64,000 nt of DNA. It comes from a virus. Below the pieces are notes generated by a model, which was not told the origin of the DNA, made no database searches, and was given only the letters and a program-made list of their open reading frames with translations. The stretch lies in IMG/VR virus record IMGVR_UViG_3300025141_015556. One strand, written 5' to 3'. Positions 28,351-36,513 of the stretch are shown here, piece after piece (the first letter of the stretch is position 1; every line of letters begins with the position of its first letter). Made by a program: the position numbers and the translations under genes.

Positions 28351-29970
28351 TTATTCCTCGACACCTAGTTCAACATAAGTGGTGCTGGGATTAAAATAAA
28401 TTACATTTGCCACATCGGTTGCATAACCAACGACCCTCACATAAGCGTTCCCGCCCCCGTTTTCGTGTTTGCCTGTATCGGGGAGACCGCTGGTCATAAA
28501 GGATTTGTGCGCAAAACTAGAACTACAAACATATACGGGGCCCCCTTTTACAAATGACTCAGAGAACCACGTATGAGCATCAAAATAGCCACGAACTAAC
28601 ATTCCATTCGAATTAGGGTTGCTACCAATAGAAATTGCAAGAAGTTGAGTATGACCGCTTCCTGTAGCAGTCGCGGACGCCGAGGTCCATGTGCCAGCGG
28701 TATTCAGATAATATAAGCCACCCGCTTCCAGAGTGGTGGTGGCTGTGCCTAAATATAAGACCTCTCCGCCGCCCGTATCATTAGAAAGGTTTATTGGATT
28801 TCCGGCGCCGGTATGATGTACACTGAATGAAACTTTAGGCGCCGTAGTGTTAACACCGACTTTAGCAGAACCAGCAGTCGTCGCTCCGCCGACGGCGGTG
28901 GGGCCCACCAGGGTGGTTGTATCGCCACTAAATACAGCATTCCCAGCGATAGTCAAACCAGCCGCGCCAGAAAAGGCGCCTGCTGCTGTAATGCTGCCAT
29001 TTGCTGTCACCAAATTTTGACCGCTGACGGCGCCGGCACCAGAGACAGTGGTTCCAACAATTATAGAGCCCCCAATAATGCCGTTCCCAGAACCAGATAT
29101 GGCGCCGGCAGCGCTAATGCTACCATTGCGTAACGTCAAACCAGCAGAAGCAGATATGGTGCCATCAGATTTAATCGTCCCGCCGCCATTTCCATCGCCA
29201 TAGCCATTTGCAATATGCAAGTTTTGTCCAACTATATCACCAGATGCGCTTATGTCAAGTGAAGCGGTAATGGAACCAGAGGCCTTGATTGCAGAAGCGC
29301 GCGACGAGAACAAGGTTTCCCCACCAAAAGTGGATCCCAGACCGGCACCATAATCACCACTAGAGGAAAAATAGGCGCCGGCCACCCTATTAGCACCTGA
29401 AACGGCCGTGCCAGCAACCACGGTTGTGTTCACCGCCAAATTTTTCCCTTCGATAAGTTGGGAGGCAGAAACGTTATTACCTGCTATCACATTCGCCGCA
29501 CCGGAAATAACTCCCGTATTGGTGATGGAACCGTGTGCCAATGTTATACTTTGGCCCAATATTGGGCCGGATGCACTTATAGCCACAGAAGCAGTGATTG
29601 ACCCCGAGGCCTTGATTGCAGAAGCGGGCGCTGAAAACAAGGTTTCGCCGCCGAAAGTTGAGCCCAAACCAGCACCATAGTCGCCGCTAGAGGAGAAATA
29701 GGCGGCTGCCACCCTATTGGCACCTGAAATAGCTGTGCCGGCAACCACAGTTGTATTTACTGCCAAATTTTTCCCTTCGATAAGCTGGGAGGCAGAAACA
29801 TTATTGCCTGCTATCACATTCGCCGCGCCAGAAACAACTCCTGTATTGCTGATCTTGCCGTGCGCCAATGTTATGTCTTGGCCTAATATTGGGCCAGAGC
29901 CAGTAATACTTCCATCTGCCTCTATGCTACCTGATGCCTCAAAAGATCCAGTTTGAAATTTATAAGCCAT
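28351..29970 (-). CDS. Repeat-rich fibre protein (head or tail fibre), paralogue 2
   Basis: Gly/Ser/Ala-rich repeats (ASGSITAS, ISGA), VGVNTTAP fibre motif, C-terminal GGLYYL...VRVVGYA...IYFNP domain. Confidence 0.7.
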   Translation of the reverse strand: MAYKFQTGSFEASGSIEADGSITGSGPILGQDITLAHGKISNTGVVSGAANVIAGNNVSASQLIEGKNLAVNTTVVAGTAISGANRVAAAYFSSSGDYGAGLGSTFGGETLFSAPASAIKASGSITASVAISASGPILGQSITLAHGSITNTGVISGAANVIAGNNVSASQLIEGKNLAVNTTVVAGTAVSGANRVAGAYFSSSGDYGAGLGSTFGGETLFSSRASAIKASGSITASLDISASGDIVGQNLHIANGYGDGNGGGTIKSDGTISASAGLTLRNGSISAAGAISGSGNGIIGGSIIVGTTVSGAGAVSGQNLVTANGSITAAGAFSGAAGLTIAGNAVFSGDTTTLVGPTAVGGATTAGSAKVGVNTTAPKVSFSVHHTGAGNPINLSNDTGGGEVLYLGTATTTLEAGGLYYLNTAGTWTSASATATGSGHTQLLAISIGSNPNSNGMLVRGYFDAHTWFSESFVKGGPVYVCSSSFAHKSFMTSGLPDTGKHENGGGNAYVRVVGYATDVANVIYFNPSTTYVELGVEE

Positions 29971-31460
29971 TTAGTTTTCTATCCTTTTCATTAGAATACC
30001 ATCCAGCTCGTGCCACTAGTAATTAGTTGCACAGATGCTCCCGGTGTTGTTAAATATATCTCTCCGGCGCCATCAATATTATCGCCCGGATAGTACGGTG
30101 TAATAATTTTTACATTATGATTCATATGGTAAGGGGTGAATTTACCAACAGCGGCTCTCTTGATAAAGAAACAACTCCCCGACCTAATATCTTCTGCACC
30201 AGTTCCCAACCTTGGTAGTTCCAAGGTTATAACGCCGCCGCCAGAGCAATTAATGTACATATCGCCATGCTCAGGCTTCAAAAACCCAACTTGGGCGGCG
30301 TTTATTGTCCCAGTGGGCTTTACATTATATTGGAAAGTGGCGCCGAGGATCTGGCCGTACTCGTTGATAATTTCGTTATTGTTGATTGTCAGCGATTGTC
30401 CAACTAGGGAGCCGGCTCCTGAAACATTAACTAACGAAACTATATTACTTCCAGTGATTGACCCCGAAGCTTTGATTGCAGAGAATGGCGCTGAAAATAA
30501 TGTTTCACCGCCGAAAGTGGAGCCCAAGCCAGCGCCATAATCACCACTAGAGGAGAAATAGGCGCCTGCCACCCTATTGGCACCCGAAATAGCAGTGCCA
30601 GCAACCACAGTTGTATTCACTGCCAAGTTTCTACCGAGTACACCAATAGAAGCAGAAACATCATTACCTGCTATTACATTAGCAGCGCCAGAAACAATTC
30701 CTGTCGCACTAATAGAGCCATGGCCAACTACTAGATTTTGACCGCTGATTGTGCCGGCACCAGAGAGCGTGCTTCCAGCTACAATACTGGCAGCGCCAGA
30801 AACAATTCCCGTATTGGTGATGGAACCGTGTGCCAATGTTATACTTTGGCCCAATATTGGACCGGATGCACTTATGGCCACAGAAGCGGTAATAGAGCCA
30901 GAGGCTTTGATTGCAGAAGCGGGCGCTGAAAATAATGTTTCGCCGCCGAAAGTGGATCCCAGGCCAGCACCATAATCACCACTAGAGGAGAAATAGGCGG
31001 CTGCCGCCCTATTAGCACCTGAAATAGCCGTGCCGGCAACCACAGTTGTACTTACTGCTAGATTTTGACCGCTGATTGCGCCAGCACCAGAGAGCGTGCT
31101 TCCAGCTACAATACTGGCAGCGCCAGAAACAATTCCTGTCGCACTAATAGAGCCGTGGCCAACTACTAGATTTTGACCGCTGATTGCGCCAGCACCAGAG
31201 AGCGTGCTTCCAGCTACAATACTGGCAGCACCAGAAATAATTCCCGTATTGTTGATGGAGCCATGTGCCAATGTTATACTTTGGCCCAATATTGGACCGG
31301 ATGCACTTATGGCCACAGAAGCAGTAATGGAGCCAGAGGCCTTGATTGCAGAAGCGGGCGCTGAAAATAATGTTTCGCCGCCAATAGTAGAGCCCAGGCC
31401 GGCGCCATAGTCGCCACTAGAAGAGAAATAGCCGGCCCCAATTTTGGCAGCACCAGAAAT
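29270..31460. repeat. Long imperfect direct repeats shared within and between the two fibre genes
   Basis: Module anchor at about 31429, 30994, 30559 (435-bp period) and 29699, 29372 (327-bp period); identical block GTGCCAATGTTATACTTTGGCCCAATATTGG occurs three times. Confidence 0.9.
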
Positions 31461-31826
31461 AGACGGTGTCGTCCCCACCACGGGGCCAGCGCCTATTGAT
31501 ATTGTTCCAGTAAACTGATGGAGATCGTCCGCGGTATCCCCAAACTTTGAAGCGCCGCTTGAAGAAAATACAGTAACGTGTTTGTGAGATAAAGTGGTAA
31601 CATACATCCCATGGGCAAATATTGACCCAGAAACATCTAGAGTGCCTGTAAGTTTTAGTGTATGGTGGTCGGTAACGGTCGCAGATCCGGTAGGATCCCC
31701 AGAAGACGTCAAAAAGACAAGACGGTTGCTACCGGTAAAATAATTATCGTCTTCTAGATACTGTAAAGATCCAGTTGGACCACTCCCTGTGGAAAGGTGA
31801 GCGCCTACGTATGCCCAGCCACCCAT
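29991..31826 (-). CDS. Repeat-rich fibre protein, paralogue 1
   Basis: SSGASKFGDTADDLHQFTG, three copies of YFSSSGDYGAGLGSTxGGETLFSAP, C-terminal ITLELP...IDG...W domain as in long-fibre proteins. Confidence 0.7.
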   Translation of the reverse strand: MGGWAYVGAHLSTGSGPTGSLQYLEDDNYFTGSNRLVFLTSSGDPTGSATVTDHHTLKLTGTLDVSGSIFAHGMYVTTLSHKHVTVFSSSGASKFGDTADDLHQFTGTISIGAGPVVGTTPSISGAAKIGAGYFSSSGDYGAGLGSTIGGETLFSAPASAIKASGSITASVAISASGPILGQSITLAHGSINNTGIISGAASIVAGSTLSGAGAISGQNLVVGHGSISATGIVSGAASIVAGSTLSGAGAISGQNLAVSTTVVAGTAISGANRAAAAYFSSSGDYGAGLGSTFGGETLFSAPASAIKASGSITASVAISASGPILGQSITLAHGSITNTGIVSGAASIVAGSTLSGAGTISGQNLVVGHGSISATGIVSGAANVIAGNDVSASIGVLGRNLAVNTTVVAGTAISGANRVAGAYFSSSGDYGAGLGSTFGGETLFSAPFSAIKASGSITGSNIVSLVNVSGAGSLVGQSLTINNNEIINEYGQILGATFQYNVKPTGTINAAQVGFLKPEHGDMYINCSGGGVITLELPRLGTGAEDIRSGSCFFIKRAAVGKFTPYHMNHNVKIITPYYPGDNIDGAGEIYLTTPGASVQLITSGTSWMVF

Positions 31827-31832
31827 AGTTCG

Positions 31833-32291
31833 TTAAACCCCTACGCTGCCGGTCCAGTTCGTATAGCTAGCGCTTACAGGGTCTGGCGATATACTAGGAT
31901 TGTTGATCGCCCCTTGATTAATAAATGTTAGGCCAGCCACAACAATAGCATGGTTAGAACCGCTTATCCACACCTCTGTTAATTTTAGATCAAGTGGGCC
32001 TACTTGGCCGGGGCCCGTGGTGGTACCAGAGGCGGGGCACAAAAAATACCCTGTATTATTATGAAGCTCGGCTTCGAGCGAAGCAGAAGAAAATCCCACA
32101 CGCAGTTCCGAAGCGCCTTCGTTCTGAATCATAACCCACTTGGTTACATTAGGAAATTGTATTTTAACAGGGCCGCCTACATTTCCACAGTTTACAGCAC
32201 CCGTAACGAACGGTTTTCCTGAAACTTGATAAGACCCTACATTTTGTAATCCAGCTCTGTATTGATAAGTTGGGTTCGATGGGTGTGTCAT
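31833..32291 (-). CDS. Small virion structural protein (possible capsid decoration)
   Basis: GLQNVGSYQVSGKPFVTG, FPNVTKWV, beta-rich; late-type motif upstream. Confidence 0.6.
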   Translation of the reverse strand: MTHPSNPTYQYRAGLQNVGSYQVSGKPFVTGAVNCGNVGGPVKIQFPNVTKWVMIQNEGASELRVGFSSASLEAELHNNTGYFLCPASGTTTGPGQVGPLDLKLTEVWISGSNHAIVVAGLTFINQGAINNPSISPDPVSASYTNWTGSVGV

Positions 32292-32312
32292 TAATATTTC
32301 TCCAGCTATACT

Positions 32313-32320
32313 TAAATAGT
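32313..32320 (-). promoter_or_regulatory. Putative late promoter element ACTATTTA
   Basis: Intergenic copy of the recurring motif. Confidence 0.65.
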
Positions 32321-32333
32321 ATTAAGTTTGTAA

Positions 32334-32549
32334 CTAATTCCTTTTATTGCTTTTTCTTTCAAGGCGTTCGCGCTCTCGGATAGCCTTTCTTCGTTTTATT
32401 TTTCTTTTAACAGATGGCTTTATATAGTGTGAGCATCTTTCACGATAACTTTCTAAGACTCGCTCCTTTTTAACTTTTTTTATAAAGCGTCTGATCAGCC
32501 TATCTGAATTTTCACGTGGGCGCGCGCAAACACTAACATTAATAGCCAC
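32334..32549 (-). CDS. rpsU: Phage-encoded ribosomal protein bS21
   Basis: 71 aa, basic; ENSDRLIRRFIKKVKKERVLESYRERCSHYIKPSVKRK matches the bS21 pattern (E..E..LRRFK......G...E.R.R..Y.KPS..R). Confidence 0.85.
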   Translation of the reverse strand: MAINVSVCARPRENSDRLIRRFIKKVKKERVLESYRERCSHYIKPSVKRKIKRRKAIRERERLERKSNKRN

Positions 32550-32558
32550 TGAATATTC

Positions 32559-33005
32559 CTATTTCCCAGATTCTACATGCGCTTTCCAGTGCTTGCCAAC
32601 TGCACCGAATAAGCCGTCTATATTAACGCCCTGATCTGTAGCCTCAACATGTGCTAGGGGGCCTTCGTAAGGTATTGGCGCGCCAGGAGCAGGACCCCCA
32701 GATGACAAGGGACTTGTACCTTCAAAAAGGTTAATGCCGTTGTAAGAATCTTTTCCTATTGCATCCAAAAGTTTCTTTTTGTGTGCGTTGAATTTCTCTT
32801 TTTGCTCTCTGATTGACCGTTGACGAGCCTCGTCGGACTGAATATTTGATTTACTTTGTGGCTGAGATTCAACAATTTGAGCGGCGCGCAGACCGGTAGT
32901 CACCTCCGATATAATTCCTGATAATACGCCGTCTTCAAACATCACCTCCTTTATACATTCTTTTATTAAGGGCTTAAGAATTTCTTTTAATTGTTTTTTA
33001 TTCAT
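32559..33005 (-). CDS. Hypothetical head-module protein
   Basis: MNKKQLKEILKPLIKECIKEVMFE N-terminus; abuts the protease gene. Confidence 0.7.
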   Translation of the reverse strand: MNKKQLKEILKPLIKECIKEVMFEDGVLSGIISEVTTGLRAAQIVESQPQSKSNIQSDEARQRSIREQKEKFNAHKKKLLDAIGKDSYNGINLFEGTSPLSSGGPAPGAPIPYEGPLAHVEATDQGVNIDGLFGAVGKHWKAHVESGK

Positions 33006-33608
33006 CTAGTCCTCTAAAATTTCATTTAATACGCGGTTAATTCTGTCTGCCTTTGTAAAGACCTCGTTGATTCTGTTTTTGTTTTCTCGCATCATAAACG
33101 CGCCAGGGGTGGAGGGCTCTGATACCATATCAAAACAGATTAATTGAAAATCGTCTTCGACCATGGTTTTTCCTGCACTTTCAGTAACAGAGCCCAAACC
33201 ACGAGAAGAGATTCCAATAGATACTCCCGAATCCACCAAAGAACGGAGGATGCCGCCAGATGGGGTATCCAAAACCTTCATTTTACCCATAACTTTGTTG
33301 GTATCCATCCAGATATCTGTTATTTGATGAGAGACGTTTCTAAGATTGATAACCGAATCTTCCGGGTGATCAAGTTCACCCAGTGCTCGGTTATCTTTTA
33401 CTAGTTTTTTATAGTTTTTAACCTCTCTTTCCAATATTGCTTGAGGATAAATGCGCCCGTTGCCATTTTGTGTTTCTGCCATTTGCATCATACCAGACAA
33501 CATCATGCCACCTTCGGCAACAAATTTCTTTTCAGCTTCTGTAAGGAGATCCTGACAGGAGCCCCCATCGCAAAGCTCATAATATTCTCGGAGAAGTTGT
33601 TGGGTCAT
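33006..33608 (-). CDS. gp21: Prohead core protease (gp21-like)
   Basis: NGNGRIYP, ALGELDHP, VSH, LDTPSG, GISSRGLGS, DMVSEPSTPGA; start at MTQQLLRE (ATGA overlap). Confidence 0.94.
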   Translation of the reverse strand: MTQQLLREYYELCDGGSCQDLLTEAEKKFVAEGGMMLSGMMQMAETQNGNGRIYPQAILEREVKNYKKLVKDNRALGELDHPEDSVINLRNVSHQITDIWMDTNKVMGKMKVLDTPSGGILRSLVDSGVSIGISSRGLGSVTESAGKTMVEDDFQLICFDMVSEPSTPGAFMMRENKNRINEVFTKADRINRVLNEILED

Positions 33609-34273
33609 TCCGACGCCCATGGCGATATATTTTCAGGCTCGGGGAGCGCGCCGAGCGTCTGCGCTTGTCGATGCGCGGCTTGCTGGATGCGACCGGTGCC
33701 CCTACCGACACGGCGAGACCGCGGAGAACCGACATGCATAAGGAAAGCCCGTCGGGCGTTCCTTAGCTCCACTTTCATTCTGGTATTATTTTCTTTCTGC
33801 TCTCTTCTTACCAATAGTTTTTCAATGGCCTGCCCGGCCGGTGAACCTACGAGGCCCTCGGGATCTTCTTCATATGTTGGAGAGGTGTAGGCCGGCGGAA
33901 ACGCGGCCTTTGGCTCGCCCGCGGCGGGATTGCTCCAGGGTCTGGTCCGTTTTTCAAGTTCTTTACGAGTCATGCCGGGCTTCTCCTTGCCCGGTAAACC
34001 GGAGCCAACGGGGACCGGTCCTCTATATGGTCTTGAAGGTACGTGTACTTCGCCCGACTGTCCAGTCTTCGGTGAGGCCTCTATTATCTGATATACAAAT
34101 TCAACCAATTCTTGATTGGTAAAGCCATGCCTTAAAAGTGGAACTTCTAATCGTTTTGCTAATTCCTCAATAGCTGGATCTACCGCCTCTAGTAAAATTT
34201 CTCTATCGCGATCAGCCGTCTCATGCAAGAAATATCTTGGATCAATTCTTTTCTTATTTTTTTTATACCTCAT
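33605..34273 (-). CDS. Hypothetical protein with KRIDPRYFLHE leader; putative internal head protein
   Basis: N-terminus MRYKKNKKRIDPRYFLHE is nearly identical to that of the neighbour; the remainder is unrelated. Confidence 0.7.
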   Translation of the reverse strand: MRYKKNKKRIDPRYFLHETADRDREILLEAVDPAIEELAKRLEVPLLRHGFTNQELVEFVYQIIEASPKTGQSGEVHVPSRPYRGPVPVGSGLPGKEKPGMTRKELEKRTRPWSNPAAGEPKAAFPPAYTSPTYEEDPEGLVGSPAGQAIEKLLVRREQKENNTRMKVELRNARRAFLMHVGSPRSRRVGRGTGRIQQAAHRQAQTLGALPEPENISPWASE

Positions 34274-34276
34274 GAT

Positions 34277-34801
34277 CTATTCCTCTGAAATCTCTCCTTC
34301 GCTGGCTGCAGCGAGGAACTGCCCTAAAAGTTTGGAAATTGCTCTTTGGTCCGCGGCTAACGCTTCTCGATGTCCTCTAAGAATGCCTAAGATATCTGCG
34401 ACAGCTTTAGAATCTGTCAAGCCGAGCTTTTTAGCATCATTTTCTAAATCTTTCAAAGCCTTCCCCATGGGCTTATCAAACTTCAAAAGAAGATTTTCAA
34501 TCTTTTTCTTGTGAAGGTCAATGATCTTTATTTTCTTTCCATAGCCATAAGCCCCCGTGGTGGCTCCTGCTATCGGAGTTTCCTCGGGAACTTTTCCGCC
34601 GCCGACCGCGGTGCGGATTGCGGAGGCTCTTTTGCCAACTGCTTTGCCGGCAGCCCCTACGGCACCCTTGGCTCCTGCGAAGCGACTCCGGAGTCGGTCG
34701 AAGACCCCCTCTTCAATTGCTTCGAGTTCCTTCTGGGTGAGGCCCTGCTCTTCCAAGAAATACCTAGGATCAATTCTTTTTGTATTTTTTCTGCGTGCCA
34801 T
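34277..34801 (-). CDS. Hypothetical protein with KRIDPRYFLEE leader; putative internal head protein
   Basis: N-terminus MARRKNTKRIDPRYFLEE; basic helical body. Confidence 0.7.
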   Translation of the reverse strand: MARRKNTKRIDPRYFLEEQGLTQKELEAIEEGVFDRLRSRFAGAKGAVGAAGKAVGKRASAIRTAVGGGKVPEETPIAGATTGAYGYGKKIKIIDLHKKKIENLLLKFDKPMGKALKDLENDAKKLGLTDSKAVADILGILRGHREALAADQRAISKLLGQFLAAASEGEISEE

Positions 34802-34821
34802 TGTATTATCCTCTTAAGCAG

Positions 34822-34872
34822 TCAACTACCCTTGCAACACCGTCGTACTGGTTGTAACATCCATTTAGTCAT
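34822..34872 (-). CDS. 16-aa Cys-Cys peptide MTKWMLQPVRRCCKGS (not in ORF track)
   Basis: AAGGAG RBS 6 nt before ATG; overlaps the stop of the upstream membrane protein. Confidence 0.45.
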   Translation of the reverse strand: MTKWMLQPVRRCCKGS

Positions 34873-35191
34873 GTCGTTCTCCTTTTCCTATTTGTATCCC
34901 GTCGTCGCAGATAATCACATTTAAAGCATATGATGTACCAGAACTCAGGCATCCAAGCAAAAATCCAGTTAAAAGATTATTGCCATCAAAAATAAATAGT
35001 TCCGTATAGTTATTAACGCCCCATAGAAATACGCCAACCCAAAATCCTATGCACATGGGGCAAGAAAAAAAATAATGTTTAGGTCTAATGCGATCTAAAA
35101 GCTTTGAAAAACAAAGCATCTGTGTAAGTCCATAAGCACAAAGAATGAAAAAAACCAAACTTTCAAGAATGGGCCACATTATGACTTGCAT
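34865..35191 (-). CDS. Small membrane protein with CPMC motif (DUF1360-like)
   Basis: Three hydrophobic segments; FFSCPMCIGFWVG. Confidence 0.65.
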   Translation of the reverse strand: MQVIMWPILESLVFFILCAYGLTQMLCFSKLLDRIRPKHYFFSCPMCIGFWVGVFLWGVNNYTELFIFDGNNLLTGFLLGCLSSGTSYALNVIICDDGIQIGKGERHD

Positions 35192-35192
35192 T

Positions 35193-35699
35193 TTAATATC
35201 TGTATCTTAATGGAATATAATAGTAACCCGGTCGCATGGCGCCCTTTTCGGCCTCTTGTGGAACTTCCCCGAGTTCTGTGCTGTCTCGATCGGTTGGATT
35301 TATGTAATAATCCTCCAGCTCTTTTTCATACGAATCAACAACAAGCTTAAGCTCTTCTTCTTCTTTTAAAAATTCAGAAATAACATACACAGCGGACTGC
35401 AAAGAATTCGCTTGTTTTGCTTCTGGAATTGCAGCCTCCAAAGAATTAAATATATTGCCCCCTTGAACCGATTCCCTTTCAACAACCCCCTTGTCTGCCA
35501 AATACTCAAAAAATCTAGACTGAATTGAGTAAGTATCTTCCATCGCAATGTCTTTTGGGAAGGCAATAACCTTATTCCCTTCTGGCAAAACGACAATATC
35601 AATTTTATCGTGATCCATAATCAAAAGATTGCCATCAAGCGTTTTTCTGGCGTTTAGCTCAACTGATGCTTGCGGCCCGCCGATGTCAATTTTAATCAT
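35193..35699 (-). CDS. Hypothetical head-module protein
   Basis: Compact ORF; start at MIKIDIGG overlapping the upstream stop. Confidence 0.7.
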   Translation of the reverse strand: MIKIDIGGPQASVELNARKTLDGNLLIMDHDKIDIVVLPEGNKVIAFPKDIAMEDTYSIQSRFFEYLADKGVVERESVQGGNIFNSLEAAIPEAKQANSLQSAVYVISEFLKEEEELKLVVDSYEKELEDYYINPTDRDSTELGEVPQEAEKGAMRPGYYYIPLRYRY

Positions 35700-36513
35700 T
35701 TGATCCGATTTCCTTAACAAGGTTCTGAATTTTAAGTACCGATAGAATCAATTCTTTGCCTAAAACGCTTGTTCTAAATTCTTCTAGTTTGTTTATCACT
35801 CTTTTTGCTTTTAAAAGCATGTCTTCATCAGTGTATATTTCTTCCATTTTTAAGGCGCCTTTAATTTCTTTTTTAAGGCGACCAATCTCTTCATTTAAAT
35901 AAGCTTTGAGCTCAATTCCGTTATCAGCAAAAGAAGAAATGTACTTACCCAAAAGAACTTTCTGTTCTTCCAAAAGAGAATTATATTCTTGATTATATTT
36001 TTCAACAAAAGATCGGTAAACCAAACTATCAACATGTTTCATTTCTTCAGCGCTTGTTTGAGTTCCTGACATTGTTTTTAATATTGCATCTTCGTACAAC
36101 ACACGCTGTTTTATAGGCGTTAGAGAATTAAAAATTGAGGAGACAGTCGCAAGAGATTTAAAATTTGGCACAAAATTGTTCCAAATGGCGCCGCCGAGTT
36201 CTTTATTAATTTTTTTAATTAGGCGTGTCTGTGTGTAAAACAACTTCTTCTTGTCTAGGGTTCGATGTGATTCTTTGACTTCGTTTAATAACTTTTCCGC
36301 GATAGTGGGCGCCACTTCGGTGGTCTCTAAAAGGGCTTTGTATAAATCGAACTCTTCGAACAGAATACTATTTTTATTAAAGTGCCCCCTTATGATTGAT
36401 ATAACAAGATCTCTTTTTTGAATATCTTTATGAATCAAAGATTTTGTTAATTCTCGTACGAGTACCTCATACAAAAATGCGGTATTACGCTTTTTATTGT
36501 GCTTTTTCCTCAC
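35692..36513 (-). CDS. Helical hypothetical protein downstream of portal
   Basis: KHNKKRNTAFLYEVLVRE N-terminus; overlaps the portal 3' end. Confidence 0.75.
   Translation of the reverse strand: MRKKHNKKRNTAFLYEVLVRELTKSLIHKDIQKRDLVISIIRGHFNKNSILFEEFDLYKALLETTEVAPTIAEKLLNEVKESHRTLDKKKLFYTQTRLIKKINKELGGAIWNNFVPNFKSLATVSSIFNSLTPIKQRVLYEDAILKTMSGTQTSAEEMKHVDSLVYRSFVEKYNQEYNSLLEEQKVLLGKYISSFADNGIELKAYLNEEIGRLKKEIKGALKMEEIYTDEDMLLKAKRVINKLEEFRTSVLGKELILSVLKIQNLVKEIGSND

Noticed and set aside
28351-31826. Fibre repeats as a diversity-generating retroelement or invertible cassette
   Set aside because: Repeats are direct, differences are mostly synonymous rather than adenine-specific, and no reverse transcriptase or invertase is in the window
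34822-34824. Selenocysteine read-through at the TGA of the RRCCKGS peptide
   Set aside because: Read-through runs out of frame over the next gene and no SECIS-like hairpin is evident
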